64,000 nucleotides of DNA, taken from positions 8,866 through 72,865 of the forward strand of contig DCTT01000018.1 in the NCBI GenBank assembly GCA_002329295.1. Reading direction: 5' to 3'. Position 1 is the first letter of the stretch. Every line of letters starts with the position of its first letter. Of the stretch, positions 48,585 to 60,615 are shown one piece after another. A program made the position numbers and the translations under genes. Origin of the DNA: Eubacteriaceae bacterium UBA1433 (GTDB taxonomy: Bacteria; Bacillota; Clostridia; Eubacteriales; UBA1433). Below the pieces are notes generated by a model that did not search any database, had not been told where the DNA came from, and saw nothing but the letters and a program-made list of their open reading frames with translations.

Positions 48585-49800
48585 TAATATCTTATTTCAA
48601 AATGCACGCATTACGGACGGAATGTGTGATCAATTTGGCGATGTGTGGATAGAAAATGGCATTATTCGCAAAGTGGCACGCAAGATAGATTTCAAAGCGA
48701 GTGATATTGCGGAGATCATTGATTTGCAGGGATTGTCTCTTTTGCCTGCTATGGCAGATGTGCATTGTCATTTTCGCGAACCAGGATATGAATATAAAGA
48801 AGACATTGATTCCGGTCTTCGAGCTGCAATCAAGGGTGGCTATGGTTTTGTAGCGGCTATGGCTAATACACTGCCTGTAGCGGATACTTATGATATTATT
48901 TCCGCAAACAATGCAAAGGCCAAAAGTGCGAATTTATGCGACTTTTTGCAAATAGCGGCCATTGGGAAGGGGCTCTGTGACAGCGAATTGGTAGATGTAG
49001 AGACATTGTTAAAATTGACGAGATTGTTTTCCAATGACGGCAATAGTATTTTATGCGAAGATTTTATGTTGCGTGCATTGCAGGCATCGGCTCAATACGG
49101 TTTTGTGTTGGCGACACACTGTCAACCCGAAGAAGAATTGATTGAAAGAGATTTGCACTTGTTGAAAAAAGTCCCCAATGCACAACTTCATATTTGCCAT
49201 GTGAGCAAAGTGGATTCCGTGGAGATGATTCGCAACGCAAAAAGGGAAAAATTGCCCGTAACTTGCGAAGTTACGCCGCATCATTTATTTGCGGCACAGG
49301 CAGACATAGCGATGCCATGCGATTTGCCTTTTGTGCAAAATCTCGACTATAAAGTCAATCCGCCGATCGGAAACTTCAAGGATCGACTGGCATTGATAGA
49401 AGGGTTACGGGACGGTACCATTGATATGCTGGCAAGCGACCATGCGCCGCACAGCGAAGAAGACAAACGTGCCGGCGCTCCGGGGATTGCAAATATTGAA
49501 ACGGCGTTCGGCATGTATTTACAGGTTTTTGATGAAGACGGCAGTCTTTCAATGAAAGATTTTTGCCGATTGACATCCGATGCGCCGTATCGACTGCTAG
49601 GCAGACAATCTGCAAGGATAAAAGAAGGCAGGGAGGCTACTTTGATTGTGGCGGATGTTGAGACGAAGGGGAAAATAGATACGAGTGATTTTGTATCCAA
49701 GAGCAAAAACACACCCTTTGACGGCTGGGATATCAGAGGTAAAGTCCTTCGCACTTATATCAGAGGGGAGAAAAAATATGATAGCGGACAAACTTTATAA
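48553..49800 (+). CDS. pyrC: Dihydroorotase
   Basis: DVHCHFREPG, ASDHAPH. The start is uncertain (GTG 48553 or 48562); no in-frame ATG lies downstream of the pyrI stop. Confidence 0.85.
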   Translation: MNIVIRQHLFNNILFQNARITDGMCDQFGDVWIENGIIRKVARKIDFKASDIAEIIDLQGLSLLPAMADVHCHFREPGYEYKEDIDSGLRAAIKGGYGFVAAMANTLPVADTYDIISANNAKAKSANLCDFLQIAAIGKGLCDSELVDVETLLKLTRLFSNDGNSILCEDFMLRALQASAQYGFVLATHCQPEEELIERDLHLLKKVPNAQLHICHVSKVDSVEMIRNAKREKLPVTCEVTPHHLFAAQADIAMPCDLPFVQNLDYKVNPPIGNFKDRLALIEGLRDGTIDMLASDHAPHSEEDKRAGAPGIANIETAFGMYLQVFDEDGSLSMKDFCRLTSDAPYRLLGRQSARIKEGREATLIVADVETKGKIDTSDFVSKSKNTPFDGWDIRGKVLRTYIRGEKKYDSGQTL

Positions 49801-50632
49801 AAAAGCCATCGAAATCTCGCCTGTGTGTGTGGGATTGGATAGCCAAATCGCCTATGTACCCGGCTGCATTCGAGCAAAAGATATCTCTGAAGGGGAGAAA
49901 ATTTTTGAATTTAACAGGCAAATTATTGATGCAGTCTATGAAAACGTAGCCTGCTTTAAAGTGCAGGTAGCCTATTATGAAGCTTTGGGGATAGACGGTA
50001 TGCGCGCTTATGCAAAAACGCTGCAATACATTCGCAAAAAAGGTGCAATTGCCATTGCAGACGTAAAAAGAGGAGACATTTCTTCTACTGCGATCCAATA
50101 TGCCAAGGGGCATTTTGAAGGAGATTTTGAGTCAGATTATATGACGCTGAATGCCTATATGGGGCAGGATGCCATTTCACCCTATTACCCTTATCTTAAA
50201 GAAAAAAACAAAGGATTGTTTTTGCTGTTAAAAACTTCCAATCCTTCCTCGGCGGATTTTCAGGATGTTTTAGTGGGCAAACGGCCTTTTTATGAACTGG
50301 TTGCCGAAAAAATCGAACAATGGGGAGAGGCTTTTATAGGTTCTGAGGGTTTTAGCGCCGTGGGCGCTGTGGTGGGACTAACTTACCCTTCAGAGTTTTT
50401 GCGCATTGTAAAACAGATGCCTCATACCTTCTTTTTAATTCCGGGTTACGGAGCCCAGGGAGGAACGGGCAAAGACATTGCTCAAATATTTCAAGATAAA
50501 ATATGTGGTGTGGTCAACTCTTCCCGAGGTCTGATTACGGCACATCAAGGGAAAACGGAAGATACGGACTTTATTGAATATATTCAACAAGCGGTAATGG
50601 CGATGAAGGAGGATATTGTCAAATGGCTTTGA
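49778..50632 (+). CDS. pyrF: Orotidine 5'-phosphate decarboxylase (long, type 2)
   Basis: VGLD.., ADVKRGDI, PGYGAQGG. ATG 49778 follows GAGGGGAG. Confidence 0.9.
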   Translation: MIADKLYKKAIEISPVCVGLDSQIAYVPGCIRAKDISEGEKIFEFNRQIIDAVYENVACFKVQVAYYEALGIDGMRAYAKTLQYIRKKGAIAIADVKRGDISSTAIQYAKGHFEGDFESDYMTLNAYMGQDAISPYYPYLKEKNKGLFLLLKTSNPSSADFQDVLVGKRPFYELVAEKIEQWGEAFIGSEGFSAVGAVVGLTYPSEFLRIVKQMPHTFFLIPGYGAQGGTGKDIAQIFQDKICGVVNSSRGLITAHQGKTEDTDFIEYIQQAVMAMKEDIVKWL

Positions 50633-51321
50633 TTCTTGAAAACAAACCCATTGCATCCAATGTTTTTCAAATGCGCGTTGCTGCAAATCAGCAGGTGAAG
50701 GCAGGGCAGTTTTATATGTTGCGTGCCTGGGAAAACATTCCCACCTTTTCCAGACCTATCAGCATTTGCGATCAAAACGGAGAAGAAATGACGTTTGTTT
50801 ATGAAGTCAAGGGAAAAGGGACAGAAATCTTTTCAACGCTGCAGGCAGGTGATGAGATAGAATTGATGGGGCCCAGAGGGAACGGTTTTGTGCTGAAGGG
50901 ACAAAAATGCGTGTTGGTTGGTGGTGGAGTAGGCATTGCACCGTTGTTGCTGCTAGCCAAAAGACTCCGTGAACAGGGGGCGCAAATCACAGCGTATTTA
51001 GGTTTTCGCAGCGAGGAATATTTGAAAGAAGACTTTGCCCGTTATTGTCATCGCATCATCACGGATGTAGGAGGCAAAATTACGGATGTAATCGAAACGG
51101 AATCTTTTGATTGCGCTTACATATGCGGCCCGGAGGTGATGATGCAAGCAGCATGGGATAAATTAAAACATTCTGCCGAACAGGTAGTTGTCTCAGTAGA
51201 AAGGCGAATGGCGTGTGGGGTAGGGGTTTGTTTGGGCTGTAACATCAAGACAAGGCAAGGAAACAAAAAGGTATGCAGCGACGGACCGATATTTGCTGCA
51301 GAGGATGTGTTTTATGAATAG
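50623..51321 (+). CDS. pyrK: Dihydroorotate dehydrogenase electron transfer subunit
   Basis: FAD/NAD-binding fold and C-terminal 2Fe-2S motif MACGVGVCLGC. Confidence 0.9.
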   Translation: MALILENKPIASNVFQMRVAANQQVKAGQFYMLRAWENIPTFSRPISICDQNGEEMTFVYEVKGKGTEIFSTLQAGDEIELMGPRGNGFVLKGQKCVLVGGGVGIAPLLLLAKRLREQGAQITAYLGFRSEEYLKEDFARYCHRIITDVGGKITDVIETESFDCAYICGPEVMMQAAWDKLKHSAEQVVVSVERRMACGVGVCLGCNIKTRQGNKKVCSDGPIFAAEDVFYE

Positions 51322-52213
51322 ATTGGGAGTTGATTTTTTGGGATTTTCTTTGAAAAATCCTATTGCGGCGGCTTCAGGCACTTTTGGATTCGGCAAAGAG
51401 TATGCTGAGTTTTATGATATCAATCAATTGGGAGCCGTTTGCCTTAAAGGGCTGACGCTTCATAAAAAGGCGGGAAACGACGGAGTCCGTATCTGGGAAT
51501 GCACAGGAGGAATGCTCAACAGCATCGGTCTGGAAAATCCCGGTGTGAAAGCTTTCATCGAAGAGTATGAAGAAACACAGGCTCGCATTCAAACGGTGAA
51601 AATCGTCAATTTGGGCGGAGACAGTTTGGAGGAATATGTCGAAGGAGCGCGTTTGTTGAATCAAATCGACATTGATATATTGGAACTCAATATTTCTTGC
51701 CCGAATGTGAAAAGCGGCGGCATGCTTTTTGGTGTCTCCGAGGATTCGGCCTATCAGGTAACCCGTGCGGTAAAAGATATCACTCGCTTTCCGCTCATGG
51801 TGAAACTTTCGCCAAATGTGGCTGATATTGCCGTCATAGCAGCAGCTTGCGAGGAGGCGGGAGCAGACGGCTTATCGTTGATCAATACGGTACAGGGTAT
51901 GGCGATAGATATTCAAAACAGGCGGGCAGTGTTTGATAACGTGTATGCGGGGCTTTCCGGTGCCGCCATCAAGCCGATTGCGCTGCGCATGGTGCATCAG
52001 GCGGCGAAAGCCGTAAATATTCCGATTATGGGCATTGGGGGTATTTACAGCGGCAGAGATGTCCTTGAATTTTTAATGGTGGGTGCAAGCTGTGTGCAAA
52101 TTGGTACTGCAGGCTTTATCCGGCCGACAAAGCTGATGGAAATTTTGGCGGAACTCAAAGCGTATTGTGAAGAAAATGACCTTTTTTTAAAGGAAATCAT
52201 AAATATTATATGA
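51314..52213 (+). CDS. pyrD: Dihydroorotate dehydrogenase B catalytic subunit
   Basis: LKNPI..ASGTFGFG, NISCPNVK, GIGGI. Confidence 0.93.
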   Translation: MNRLGVDFLGFSLKNPIAAASGTFGFGKEYAEFYDINQLGAVCLKGLTLHKKAGNDGVRIWECTGGMLNSIGLENPGVKAFIEEYEETQARIQTVKIVNLGGDSLEEYVEGARLLNQIDIDILELNISCPNVKSGGMLFGVSEDSAYQVTRAVKDITRFPLMVKLSPNVADIAVIAAACEEAGADGLSLINTVQGMAIDIQNRRAVFDNVYAGLSGAAIKPIALRMVHQAAKAVNIPIMGIGGIYSGRDVLEFLMVGASCVQIGTAGFIRPTKLMEILAELKAYCEENDLFLKEIINII

Positions 52214-52231
52214 GTGCGAGGCGGTTAGAGA

Positions 52232-52798
52232 ATGAGTGAACAAATATTAAAAATATTACAAGATACTGAAGCGGTGCTAAGCGGGCATTTTTTATTGTCT
52301 TCGGGTAAACACAGCAAAGGATATGTGCAATGTGCCAAATTGCTGCGCTATGCGGATAAAGCAGAGATTGTTTTGAGAGAAGCGGTGAAAAAATTGCCGC
52401 AAAAGCCGGACATTGTGGTCGGGCCTGCGATGGGCGGCGTGATCGTTTCTTATGAAGTGGGCAGACAGTTGGGGGTAGAAAGCATTTTTACGGAACGGGT
52501 GGAAAATGTGATGTCGCTGCGACGAGGGTTTGACATTCCGAAGGGTGCAAAGATACTTATTGCCGAAGACGTTTTGACCACAGGTAAGTCTACGAAAGAA
52601 ACCATCGATGCACTGGCGAGTTTTGGCGGGGAAGTAATCGGCGTGCTCTGTATTGTAGACAGAACAGACGGCAGCTTGCCTTTTGATCTGCCGATTTACA
52701 GCGCGGTCAAACTAAATATAGAAACTTATGAAGCAGAGCATTGTCCGCTCTGCAAGCAGGGGAGTGTTCCTGTGAAGCCGGGCAGCAGGAGGTTTTAA
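52232..52798 (+). CDS. pyrE: Orotate phosphoribosyltransferase
   Basis: GHFLLSSGKHS and the PRPP loop ILIAEDVLTTGKS. Confidence 0.9.
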   Translation: MSEQILKILQDTEAVLSGHFLLSSGKHSKGYVQCAKLLRYADKAEIVLREAVKKLPQKPDIVVGPAMGGVIVSYEVGRQLGVESIFTERVENVMSLRRGFDIPKGAKILIAEDVLTTGKSTKETIDALASFGGEVIGVLCIVDRTDGSLPFDLPIYSAVKLNIETYEAEHCPLCKQGSVPVKPGSRRF

Positions 52799-52802
52799 AC
52801 GG

Positions 52803-53897
52803 ATGAAAAATCACTTTGTTCAAAATGGCAAGACGGTGCGATTGTATTTGGAAAACGGCGCCGTGTTTCAAGGAAGAGGTTTTGGCTATATTGAGGAAGA
52901 AGTCATTGGAGAAGTGGTATTTAATACCGGTATGACGGGTTATCAGGAGGTGTTGACGGATCCTTCTTATTTTGGGCAAATTGTATTGATGACCTATCCT
53001 CTAATTGGCAATTACGGCATCAATCTGGAAGATGACCAATCTCTTTATCCGAAAGTCAGAGGATTTATTGTCAAAGAATTATGCGAATATCCTAACAATT
53101 TTCGATATGAAATGAATTTAAATGATTATTTGTATGTCCATAAAATTTTTGGCATGCAGGATTTGGATACGCGCTATTTAACGAAAACCATTCGAGATCA
53201 TGGCGTTATGAAGGGGATTTTAACTGCACGCACGATGGAAAAAGAAGAAATAAAGCAATGTTTGACGCCTTATCATAACAAAGATGTGGTGAAGCATGTA
53301 AGTACACAAAAGGTGTATTCGATAGGCGAGGGGCGAAACATAGCAGTTATGGATTTCGGCATTAAACAAAATATTTTGGATGCCTTTATAAAAAAAGGCT
53401 GCAGGTTGACGGTATTTCCGTATAATGCTACGGCGAAAGATATATTGGCCATAGAGCCGGAAGGTGTTTTGTTGTCTAACGGACCGGGAGATCCCAACGA
53501 CTTAGAGGAAAGTCTTGCAACCGTTAAAGAGCTGATCGATAAAAAGCCTGTAGTGGGCATTTGTTTGGGACATCAACTGCTTACATTGGCGATGGGAGGA
53601 GAGTGCATCAAACTTGCTTACGGACACAGAGGAAGCAACCATCCTGTCAAAGACTTGCGAAAGGATCGGGTGTATATCACAAGTCAAAATCACGGATTTG
53701 TTACGACCAATCTGCCAAAAGAATTTGAAATCACACATATCAATATGAACGATGGCAGTGTAGAAGGGATGAAACATAAAAGCAAACCGATTTTTTCGGT
53801 GCAGTATCATCCTGAAGCGTGCCCGGGACCGGGGGATTCGGAGTACATTTTTGAAGAGATGATTGCGACATTCAAAGGGGGAGTGCAAAATGCCTAA
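52803..53897 (+). CDS. carA: Carbamoyl-phosphate synthase small (glutaminase) subunit
   Basis: GICLGHQLL catalytic Cys and FSVQYHPEA. Confidence 0.94.
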   Translation: MKNHFVQNGKTVRLYLENGAVFQGRGFGYIEEEVIGEVVFNTGMTGYQEVLTDPSYFGQIVLMTYPLIGNYGINLEDDQSLYPKVRGFIVKELCEYPNNFRYEMNLNDYLYVHKIFGMQDLDTRYLTKTIRDHGVMKGILTARTMEKEEIKQCLTPYHNKDVVKHVSTQKVYSIGEGRNIAVMDFGIKQNILDAFIKKGCRLTVFPYNATAKDILAIEPEGVLLSNGPGDPNDLEESLATVKELIDKKPVVGICLGHQLLTLAMGGECIKLAYGHRGSNHPVKDLRKDRVYITSQNHGFVTTNLPKEFEITHINMNDGSVEGMKHKSKPIFSVQYHPEACPGPGDSEYIFEEMIATFKGGVQNA

Positions 53898-56800
53898 GGA
53901 CAATTCTATACAAAAAGTACTCATTATCGGATCGGGGCCCATTGTCATAGGCCAGGCTGCGGAATTTGACTATTCGGGTACCCAGGCTTGTACAGCGATG
54001 CGTGAAGAAGGCGTGCAAACGGTGCTTGCCAACTCCAATCCGGCAACGATTATGACGGATACGGAGATTGCCGATGCGGTTTATATTGAACCTTTGACAA
54101 CGGAATATGTTGAAAAAATTATTATCCAGGATAAACCTGATGCAATTTTGGCAGGAATGGGCGGGCAAACCGGACTCAATCTTGCTGTGGATTTATACAA
54201 CAAAGGGATATTGGAAAAACATGGTGTGCGTGTTATCGGTACCTCTATCGAGTCCATCATCAAGGGAGAGGATCGAGACAGTTTTTGTCGTCTGATGGAG
54301 GAAGTGAACCAGCCCATCATTGAAAGCGAAGTGGTGAGCACCATAGAAGACGGCTTTGCTGTAGCGCGAAAAATCGGTTATCCGGTGATTGTGCGCCCTG
54401 CCTATACTTTGGGCGGAGCGGGTGGCGGCATGGCCGAGGATCCGGCAGAACTGGAAGCGATTCTTAAAAGCGGACTTTCTTTGAGTTTTGGCAATCAGGT
54501 ACTGATTGAAAAAAGCATCAAAGGGTGGAAAGAAATTGAATTTGAAGTGATGCGAGACAGCAAAGGAAATTGCATTACGGTATGCAGTATGGAAAATATA
54601 GACCCGGTCGGCATTCACACCGGGGACAGTATTGTAGTGGCGCCTTGTCAAACGCTGAGCGATAAAGAATTTCAAATGCTGCGCACGGCAGCTTTAAGCA
54701 TTATTGATGCTGCAGAAATCATCGGCGGATGCAATGTTCAATTTGCGCTTAAACCGGACAGTTTTGAATATGCCGTTATTGAGATCAATCCTCGCGTAAG
54801 CCGTTCTTCGGCGCTGGCTTCCAAGGCTACAGGATACCCAATTGCAAAAATTGCGGCAAAATTGGCGTTGGGTTACGGTCTTGACGAAGTACTCAATGCC
54901 GTAACAAAAAAAACCTATGCGTGTTTTGAACCTACCATTGATTATGTGGTAGTCAAAATACCCAAATGGCCTTTTGACAAGTTTGAATCGGATAACAAAT
55001 TCCTGGGTACTCGCATGATGGCCACAGGGGAGACCATGGCCATCGGCGCCAATTTTGAACAAGCGTTGTTGAAAGCGGTGCGTTCGCTGGAAATCGGCAG
55101 TTTTTCGCTGAAGCATAAACCCTCGGAAGCACGCAGCATGGCAGAACTCAAAGAGCGAGTGATTCATCCTGATGATGAACGCCTTTTTGATATTGCGGAA
55201 TTGCTGCGCCGCAGGTACAGTTTTGAACGCATTGCGAAAGTAACGGGGATTGATCGTTTTTTCATTGAAAAGCTGCGAAATATCGTAGAAAAAGAAGAAA
55301 TGTTGGCAAAAATGACGATTGATGAGATAAATGAGGAGTTTTTAAGAGAACTTAAAAAACACGGCTTTGCCGATAAAGGTATAGCTGATATTATGGGCGT
55401 TAAAGAGGAAGACATTTTTAATTTGCGCAAAAAATACAAGATTATCCCTTCTTATAAACTCGTAGACACTTGTGCCGCAGAATTTGAAGCGGTATCGCCC
55501 TATTATTATTCCACCTATGATGAATTTGACGAGAGTGTTGTGAGCAACAATAAAAAGGTGGTTGTCGTAGGAAGCGGTCCCATACGCATCGGTCAGGGAA
55601 TCGAGTTTGATTATTGTTGTGTACACAGTGTGTTTACATTAAAAAAACAAGGGATCGAAGCGATTGTTATTAACAACAATCCCGAAACGGTGAGTACGGA
55701 CTTTGATATATCCGACAAACTGTACTTTGAACCCTTGGCGGAAGAAGATTTTTACAACATCATCGAAAGAGAAAAACCAGACGGCGTGATTTTGCAATTC
55801 GGCGGTCAGACAGCCATTAAACTTGCCAATTTCTGTACGAAGAAAAACATTCCCATCATCGGCACCCAACCCAAGAGCATTGATGCGGCGGAGGACAGAG
55901 AAAAATTTGATGCTATTTTGGAAGAGTTGCAAATTAACCGCCCTGAAGGCAAAGGGGTGTGGACCATGGAAGAGGGCATTATGGCGGCTGAAAAAATCGG
56001 TTATCCGGTTTTGGTGCGGCCTTCTTATGTACTCGGCGGGAGAGGGATGGAGATTTGCTATGAACAGGCGTCGTTAGAAAAATATTTGCAGGAAGCTTTT
56101 CGTTTCGACCAGGAGAATCCTGTGTTGATCGACAAATACATCTGTGGAACCGAATTGGAAATTGATGCGGTATGTGACGGAGAAGATGTGTTGATACCGG
56201 GTATCATGCAACATTTGGAAAAAGCAGGGGTACACTCTGGAGACAGCATTACGATTTATCCGCCGGTGAACATGAAACAGGAAATAAAAGACAAAATTTA
56301 TGACTATACAAAGCGTATTGCCATTAAAATGGAAGTGTTGGGGATTATTAATATTCAATTTATTGAGCAGGACGGAGAGGTCTATATCATTGAGGTCAAT
56401 CCTCGCTCCAGCAGAACGGTGCCTTATATCAGCAAAATTTCTGGACTGCCGATTATTCCGCTGGCTGTACGTGTCTCACTGGGCGAAAAACTCAGAAATA
56501 TGAGATGCGGAATGGGACTCTATCCCGAATCTGAATTGTTCGGCATTAAAATTCCGGTGTTTTCCACAGAAAAAATACCCGGGATTGAGGCGGTGTTAGG
56601 GCCGCAAATGCGTTCCACGGGAGAAGTGATGGGCGTTGCCGAAAACTATGAAGACGCACTTTATAAGGGGCTTTGTGCTGCAGGAACGGATTTGGCAAAA
56701 ATTAAAAAGAAAATCTTAATTACTCTCAATAATAAAGACAAAGAACAATTTGTGCCTTTGGTAGCGAAATTAGCGGAAATGAACTATGACATTTTGGCTA

Positions 56801-57129
56801 CGGCAGGGACAGCGCATGCTTTGGAAGAACATGGCGTGAAGGCGCAGGTAGTCAACAAAATCAAAGGACAGACGCCCACGATGTTAGATGTGATACGCAG
56901 CCGGGAAATCAATCTGATCATCAACACGCCGGAAAAAACAGAAAACTCACAATCCGATGCCTTTAAAATGCGAAGAGCGGCGATTGAGAGCAAAGTGGAA
57001 ATTATTACCACATTGGAAAAGGCACATGAAGTAGTGAGGTTATTGTTTATGAAAATCAACCATGCTTCACAAAAGGTGTATGATATTTGTCGACTATATT
57101 ATAAAAAGGAAGAGGAAAATGCATTATAG
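53890..57129 (+). CDS. carB: Carbamoyl-phosphate synthase large subunit
   Basis: [30 protein letters not shown], duplicated ATP-grasp halves, and an MGS-like C-terminus. Confidence 0.97.
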   Translation: MPKDNSIQKVLIIGSGPIVIGQAAEFDYSGTQACTAMREEGVQTVLANSNPATIMTDTEIADAVYIEPLTTEYVEKIIIQDKPDAILAGMGGQTGLNLAVDLYNKGILEKHGVRVIGTSIESIIKGEDRDSFCRLMEEVNQPIIESEVVSTIEDGFAVARKIGYPVIVRPAYTLGGAGGGMAEDPAELEAILKSGLSLSFGNQVLIEKSIKGWKEIEFEVMRDSKGNCITVCSMENIDPVGIHTGDSIVVAPCQTLSDKEFQMLRTAALSIIDAAEIIGGCNVQFALKPDSFEYAVIEINPRVSRSSALASKATGYPIAKIAAKLALGYGLDEVLNAVTKKTYACFEPTIDYVVVKIPKWPFDKFESDNKFLGTRMMATGETMAIGANFEQALLKAVRSLEIGSFSLKHKPSEARSMAELKERVIHPDDERLFDIAELLRRRYSFERIAKVTGIDRFFIEKLRNIVEKEEMLAKMTIDEINEEFLRELKKHGFADKGIADIMGVKEEDIFNLRKKYKIIPSYKLVDTCAAEFEAVSPYYYSTYDEFDESVVSNNKKVVVVGSGPIRIGQGIEFDYCCVHSVFTLKKQGIEAIVINNNPETVSTDFDISDKLYFEPLAEEDFYNIIEREKPDGVILQFGGQTAIKLANFCTKKNIPIIGTQPKSIDAAEDREKFDAILEELQINRPEGKGVWTMEEGIMAAEKIGYPVLVRPSYVLGGRGMEICYEQASLEKYLQEAFRFDQENPVLIDKYICGTELEIDAVCDGEDVLIPGIMQHLEKAGVHSGDSITIYPPVNMKQEIKDKIYDYTKRIAIKMEVLGIINIQFIEQDGEVYIIEVNPRSSRTVPYISKISGLPIIPLAVRVSLGEKLRNMRCGMGLYPESELFGIKIPVFSTEKIPGIEAVLGPQMRSTGEVMGVAENYEDALYKGLCAAGTDLAKIKKKILITLNNKDKEQFVPLVAKLAEMNYDILATAGTAHALEEHGVKAQVVNKIKGQTPTMLDVIRSREINLIINTPEKTENSQSDAFKMRRAAIESKVEIITTLEKAHEVVRLLFMKINHASQKVYDICRLYYKKEEENAL

Positions 57130-58507
57130 AGAGTATATTGATAAAAACAAAGAAAATATCATCAGAGATGTGCAGCGTCTGGTGCGTATAAAAAGTGTCG
57201 ATGATACGCCTGCAGAGACAATGCCTTTTGGAAAAGGAATCGGAAAAGCGCTGAAAGAAGCGTTGCAAATCAGTTCAGAGTTGGGTTTTGACACGTGTAA
57301 TTTGGACGGATATGCAGCTTATGCCGAGGCGGGTGAGGGTGAGGAAGTGGTGGGGATTTTGGTTCATTTGGACGTGGTGCCCGAAGGGGAGGGCTGGCAA
57401 ATGGAACCTTATGGTGCAAAAGTGAAAGACGGCAAAATTTATGGACGCGGTACCAGTGATGACAAGGGGCCTGCCGTTGCTGCGCTCTATGCGCTGAAGT
57501 CCGTGGTTCAAAGCGGCATCAAACTCAAACGTCGTGTGCGGGTAATTTTTGGAACCAATGAAGAAATCGGCAGCAAATGCATGGAATATTATATTAAGCA
57601 GTGCGGACATGTGGATGTCGGTTTTACGCCGGATGCCAACTTTCCGCTCATTCACGGGGAAAAGCCGATTTTGCAAGGCGAGATTACTTTTGCAGATTGC
57701 GGAGAAAAAAGGGTTCCTTATCTTGCCGAAATTGCCGGCGGCAAGGCAGCGAATATGGTTGCTGACGATTGTCGTGCAGTATTGCAAATGCAGGAGGGAC
57801 AAAGTTTTGAAGAAAAGTTCAACGCCTACTGCAAAAAACATGTTTTAAAGGGATTCTATCAAAAAGAGGAGACGAAACATATTTTAAGCTTGTCGGGAGC
57901 CTCTTCTCACGGCAGCCGCCCGGAGGAAGGCGTGAACGCAATTTCTCATATGGTTGATTTTTTAACTGCATTGCCGCTGCATTACGGCAGTGAATTTGTA
58001 AAAAAATATATGGAAACTATCGGATTAACCACGGATGGAAGCAAATTGGGCATTGCAGCAACCGATGCATTTGGTTCCCTGACCTTTTGTGTAGGGACGG
58101 TTCGCACAAAAAAAGACGGTTTTGCGGTAGGGATAGATGTTCGCTATCCCCTGACGTTGAAGGATCAGGCACGAGAGTTGTTTGACGCTGCCCTAAAGGA
58201 GAAAGGCATTGTCTATGAAGAAAAAGCTTATAAAGCAGGATTGTATATGCCTGTTGACAGCAAGCTTGTCAAAACGCTGATGAAGTGTTATAGTGAAGAA
58301 ACGGGGGATAGAAAAGCAAAACCTTTTACGATCGGCGGAGGCACTTATGCCAGAAGCATGAAAAATATATTGGGATTCGGCATGGTGTTTCCGGGTGAAG
58401 AAGAAGTGATGCACAAGCATGACGAATATGTAAAAATTGATCGGCTAATCACGGCAAGTAAAATATATGCTGCGGCGATTGTAGCACTTGCGACAAATGA
58501 GGGATAG
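57119..58507 (+). CDS. pepV: M20 family dipeptidase (PepV/Sapep-like)
   Basis: [26 protein letters not shown] 57119 overlaps the carB end. Confidence 0.85.
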   Translation: MHYREYIDKNKENIIRDVQRLVRIKSVDDTPAETMPFGKGIGKALKEALQISSELGFDTCNLDGYAAYAEAGEGEEVVGILVHLDVVPEGEGWQMEPYGAKVKDGKIYGRGTSDDKGPAVAALYALKSVVQSGIKLKRRVRVIFGTNEEIGSKCMEYYIKQCGHVDVGFTPDANFPLIHGEKPILQGEITFADCGEKRVPYLAEIAGGKAANMVADDCRAVLQMQEGQSFEEKFNAYCKKHVLKGFYQKEETKHILSLSGASSHGSRPEEGVNAISHMVDFLTALPLHYGSEFVKKYMETIGLTTDGSKLGIAATDAFGSLTFCVGTVRTKKDGFAVGIDVRYPLTLKDQARELFDAALKEKGIVYEEKAYKAGLYMPVDSKLVKTLMKCYSEETGDRKAKPFTIGGGTYARSMKNILGFGMVFPGEEEVMHKHDEYVKIDRLITASKIYAAAIVALATNEG

Positions 58508-58508
58508 T

Positions 58509-59903
58509 ATGAAAAATGTGAATGTGGCAAAACTGTACAGAGATCAGGAACAATATGCAGATCAAATGATTAATGTGCGAGGATGGATTCGCACACTGCG
58601 GGCTTCAAATGTTCGTGCTTTTATTGAACTGAATGACGGAACCTGCTTTCAAAATTTGCAAATAGTTGTGGAAAAAGAGAAAATTAAAGGCTTTGATTTT
58701 ATCACCAAACTGCATATCAGCTCTGCTATTGAAGTACAAGGCGTGTTGATATTGACGCCGGAAGAGAAACAGCCCTTTGAACTTGATGCATCAAGTATTA
58801 CGCTTTCTGCGCATAGCGATAGTGATTATCCGTTGCAGAAAAAGCGACACAGTTTAGAATATTTGCGTGAGATTGCGCATTTACGCAGTCGTTCCAATAC
58901 GTTTTCTGCGGTTTTTCGCACTCGCTCAATTCTTTCTTACGCCATTCATCGTTTTTTTCAAGGACGGGGATTTGTGCATGTGCATACGCCTATTATTACG
59001 GCCAGTGACTGTGAAGGAGCAGGAGAGCTGTTTCGTGTAACGACGCTGGATTTAAACTACCTTCCCTTGACAAAAAAACATCAGGTAGACTATGGTAAAG
59101 ATTTTTTTGGCAAAGAAACCTATCTTACGGTGAGCGGTCAGCTGCAGGCAGAAGCTTTTGCCATGGCTTTTCAGAAGGTGTATACTTTTGGGCCTACTTT
59201 TCGTGCGGAAAACTCCAACACCACGCGACATGCAGCGGAGTTTTGGATGGTGGAGCCTGAAATGGCCTTTGCAGATATCAACGATAACATGGATTTAGCT
59301 GAAAAGATGATGAAATATCTGATTGGTTATCTGCTTGAACATTGTCAGCCCGAAATGAATTTTTTTAATCAATTTATCGATAAAGAATTGTTTGGCAGAC
59401 TTGAGGGGATATTGCAATCAAAATTTGAACGCATCAGCTACACGGAAGCGATTGCGATGTTGGAAAAAAGCGACAAGCAATTTGTTTATCCCGTGCAGTG
59501 GGGGGGCGATTTGCAAACCGAGCACGAACGTTATCTGACAGAGGAGGTGTATCAAAAACCCGTTTTTGTTACGGATTATCCGAAAGATATCAAGGCTTTT
59601 TATATGCGACAAAATGATGACGGAAAAACCGTGGCAGCAATGGATTTATTGGTGCCCGGAGTCGGTGAAATTATTGGCGGCAGCCAGAGAGAAGAACGCT
59701 ATAGTCAACTTGTGGCGGCCATGCAAGATCACGGCATAGCGCCTGAGAGTATGCAGTGGTATTTGGATTTAAGGCGTTATGGCGGGTGCAAGCATGCGGG
59801 ATTTGGTTTGGGATTTGAACGCATGCTAATGTATGTAACGGGAATGAAAAACATCAGAGATATTATTCCGTTCGCAAGAACGGTAAATAATGCAGAATTT
59901 TAA
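58509..59903 (+). CDS. asnS: Asparagine--tRNA ligase
   Basis: Class IIb motifs [20 protein letters not shown] and [12 protein letters not shown] 58509 follows GAGGG. Confidence 0.93.
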   Translation: MKNVNVAKLYRDQEQYADQMINVRGWIRTLRASNVRAFIELNDGTCFQNLQIVVEKEKIKGFDFITKLHISSAIEVQGVLILTPEEKQPFELDASSITLSAHSDSDYPLQKKRHSLEYLREIAHLRSRSNTFSAVFRTRSILSYAIHRFFQGRGFVHVHTPIITASDCEGAGELFRVTTLDLNYLPLTKKHQVDYGKDFFGKETYLTVSGQLQAEAFAMAFQKVYTFGPTFRAENSNTTRHAAEFWMVEPEMAFADINDNMDLAEKMMKYLIGYLLEHCQPEMNFFNQFIDKELFGRLEGILQSKFERISYTEAIAMLEKSDKQFVYPVQWGGDLQTEHERYLTEEVYQKPVFVTDYPKDIKAFYMRQNDDGKTVAAMDLLVPGVGEIIGGSQREERYSQLVAAMQDHGIAPESMQWYLDLRRYGGCKHAGFGLGFERMLMYVTGMKNIRDIIPFARTVNNAEF

Positions 59904-59932
59904 TTCTGAAGATAAATAACGGAGGATGTAAA

Positions 59933-60094
59933 ATGAAAAAATATGTATGTACAGTATGCGGATATGTATATGATCCAGCAGTAGGCGACGAAGAAAACGG
60001 TGTTGCTCCCAACACAGCATTTGAAGATGTGCCTGAGGATTGGGTATGTCCGCTTTGTGGTGTGGGAAAAGATATGTTTGAAGTTGAAGAATAA
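59933..60094 (+). CDS. Rubredoxin (53 aa, below the ORF-track cutoff)
   Basis: [15 protein letters not shown]...[15 protein letters not shown] carries the two CxxCG knuckles. GGAGGA ribosome-binding site, terminator downstream. Confidence 0.93.
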   Translation: MKKYVCTVCGYVYDPAVGDEENGVAPNTAFEDVPEDWVCPLCGVGKDMFEVEE

Positions 60095-60099
60095 GAAAA

Positions 60100-60134
60100 A
60101 AAAGAGAAACAGGGGAAACATCCCCTGTTTTTTT
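60100..60134. terminator. Bidirectional intrinsic terminator (rubredoxin / trxA)
   Basis: aacagggga-aaca-tcccctgtt flanked by an A-run and a T-run. Confidence 0.85.
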
Positions 60135-60139
60135 ATGGT

Positions 60140-60466
60140 TTATAACATCGAATTGATTTTTTCAAAAAAATAATCTTTCGATTTTACGCCGATATCTCTG
60201 GAGACTTCCACTCCGTCTTTAAAGATGAGAATGGTGGGAATGCTCATAACTTTATATTGTGCGGCGAGATCAGTGTTTTCGTCAACATTTAATTTGCAGA
60301 TTGCTGCTTTTCCAGCAAATTCATCAGCCAATTCATCAATGACAGGTGCCATCATTTTACACGGACCACACCAGGATGCCCAAAAGTCCACCAAAACAGG
60401 GGTACTTGCCGAAATAGTTTGCGCAAAATTTTCTTGAGTTAACTCAAGTACGTTTTGATTTGCCAT
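60140..60466 (-). CDS. trxA: Thioredoxin
   Basis: WCGPC active site. Start moved to ATG 60466 (MANQNVLEL), preceded by AAAGGAGGAT. The track start 60547 adds an implausible extension. Confidence 0.93.
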   Translation of the reverse strand: MANQNVLELTQENFAQTISASTPVLVDFWASWCGPCKMMAPVIDELADEFAGKAAICKLNVDENTDLAAQYKVMSIPTILIFKDGVEVSRDIGVKSKDYFFEKINSML

Positions 60467-60615
60467 AATAATCCTCCTTTTGTATATTCGCTTAATCATT
60501 ATAACAGATTTTTCTTCAATCGGTAAAAAAAAGATATATTTTTTCATATATCAAAGAGAATTAAATTTTGCTATACTATTGGCAGCAATAATTTAAGGGT
60601 AAAGGAAGAATAAAG

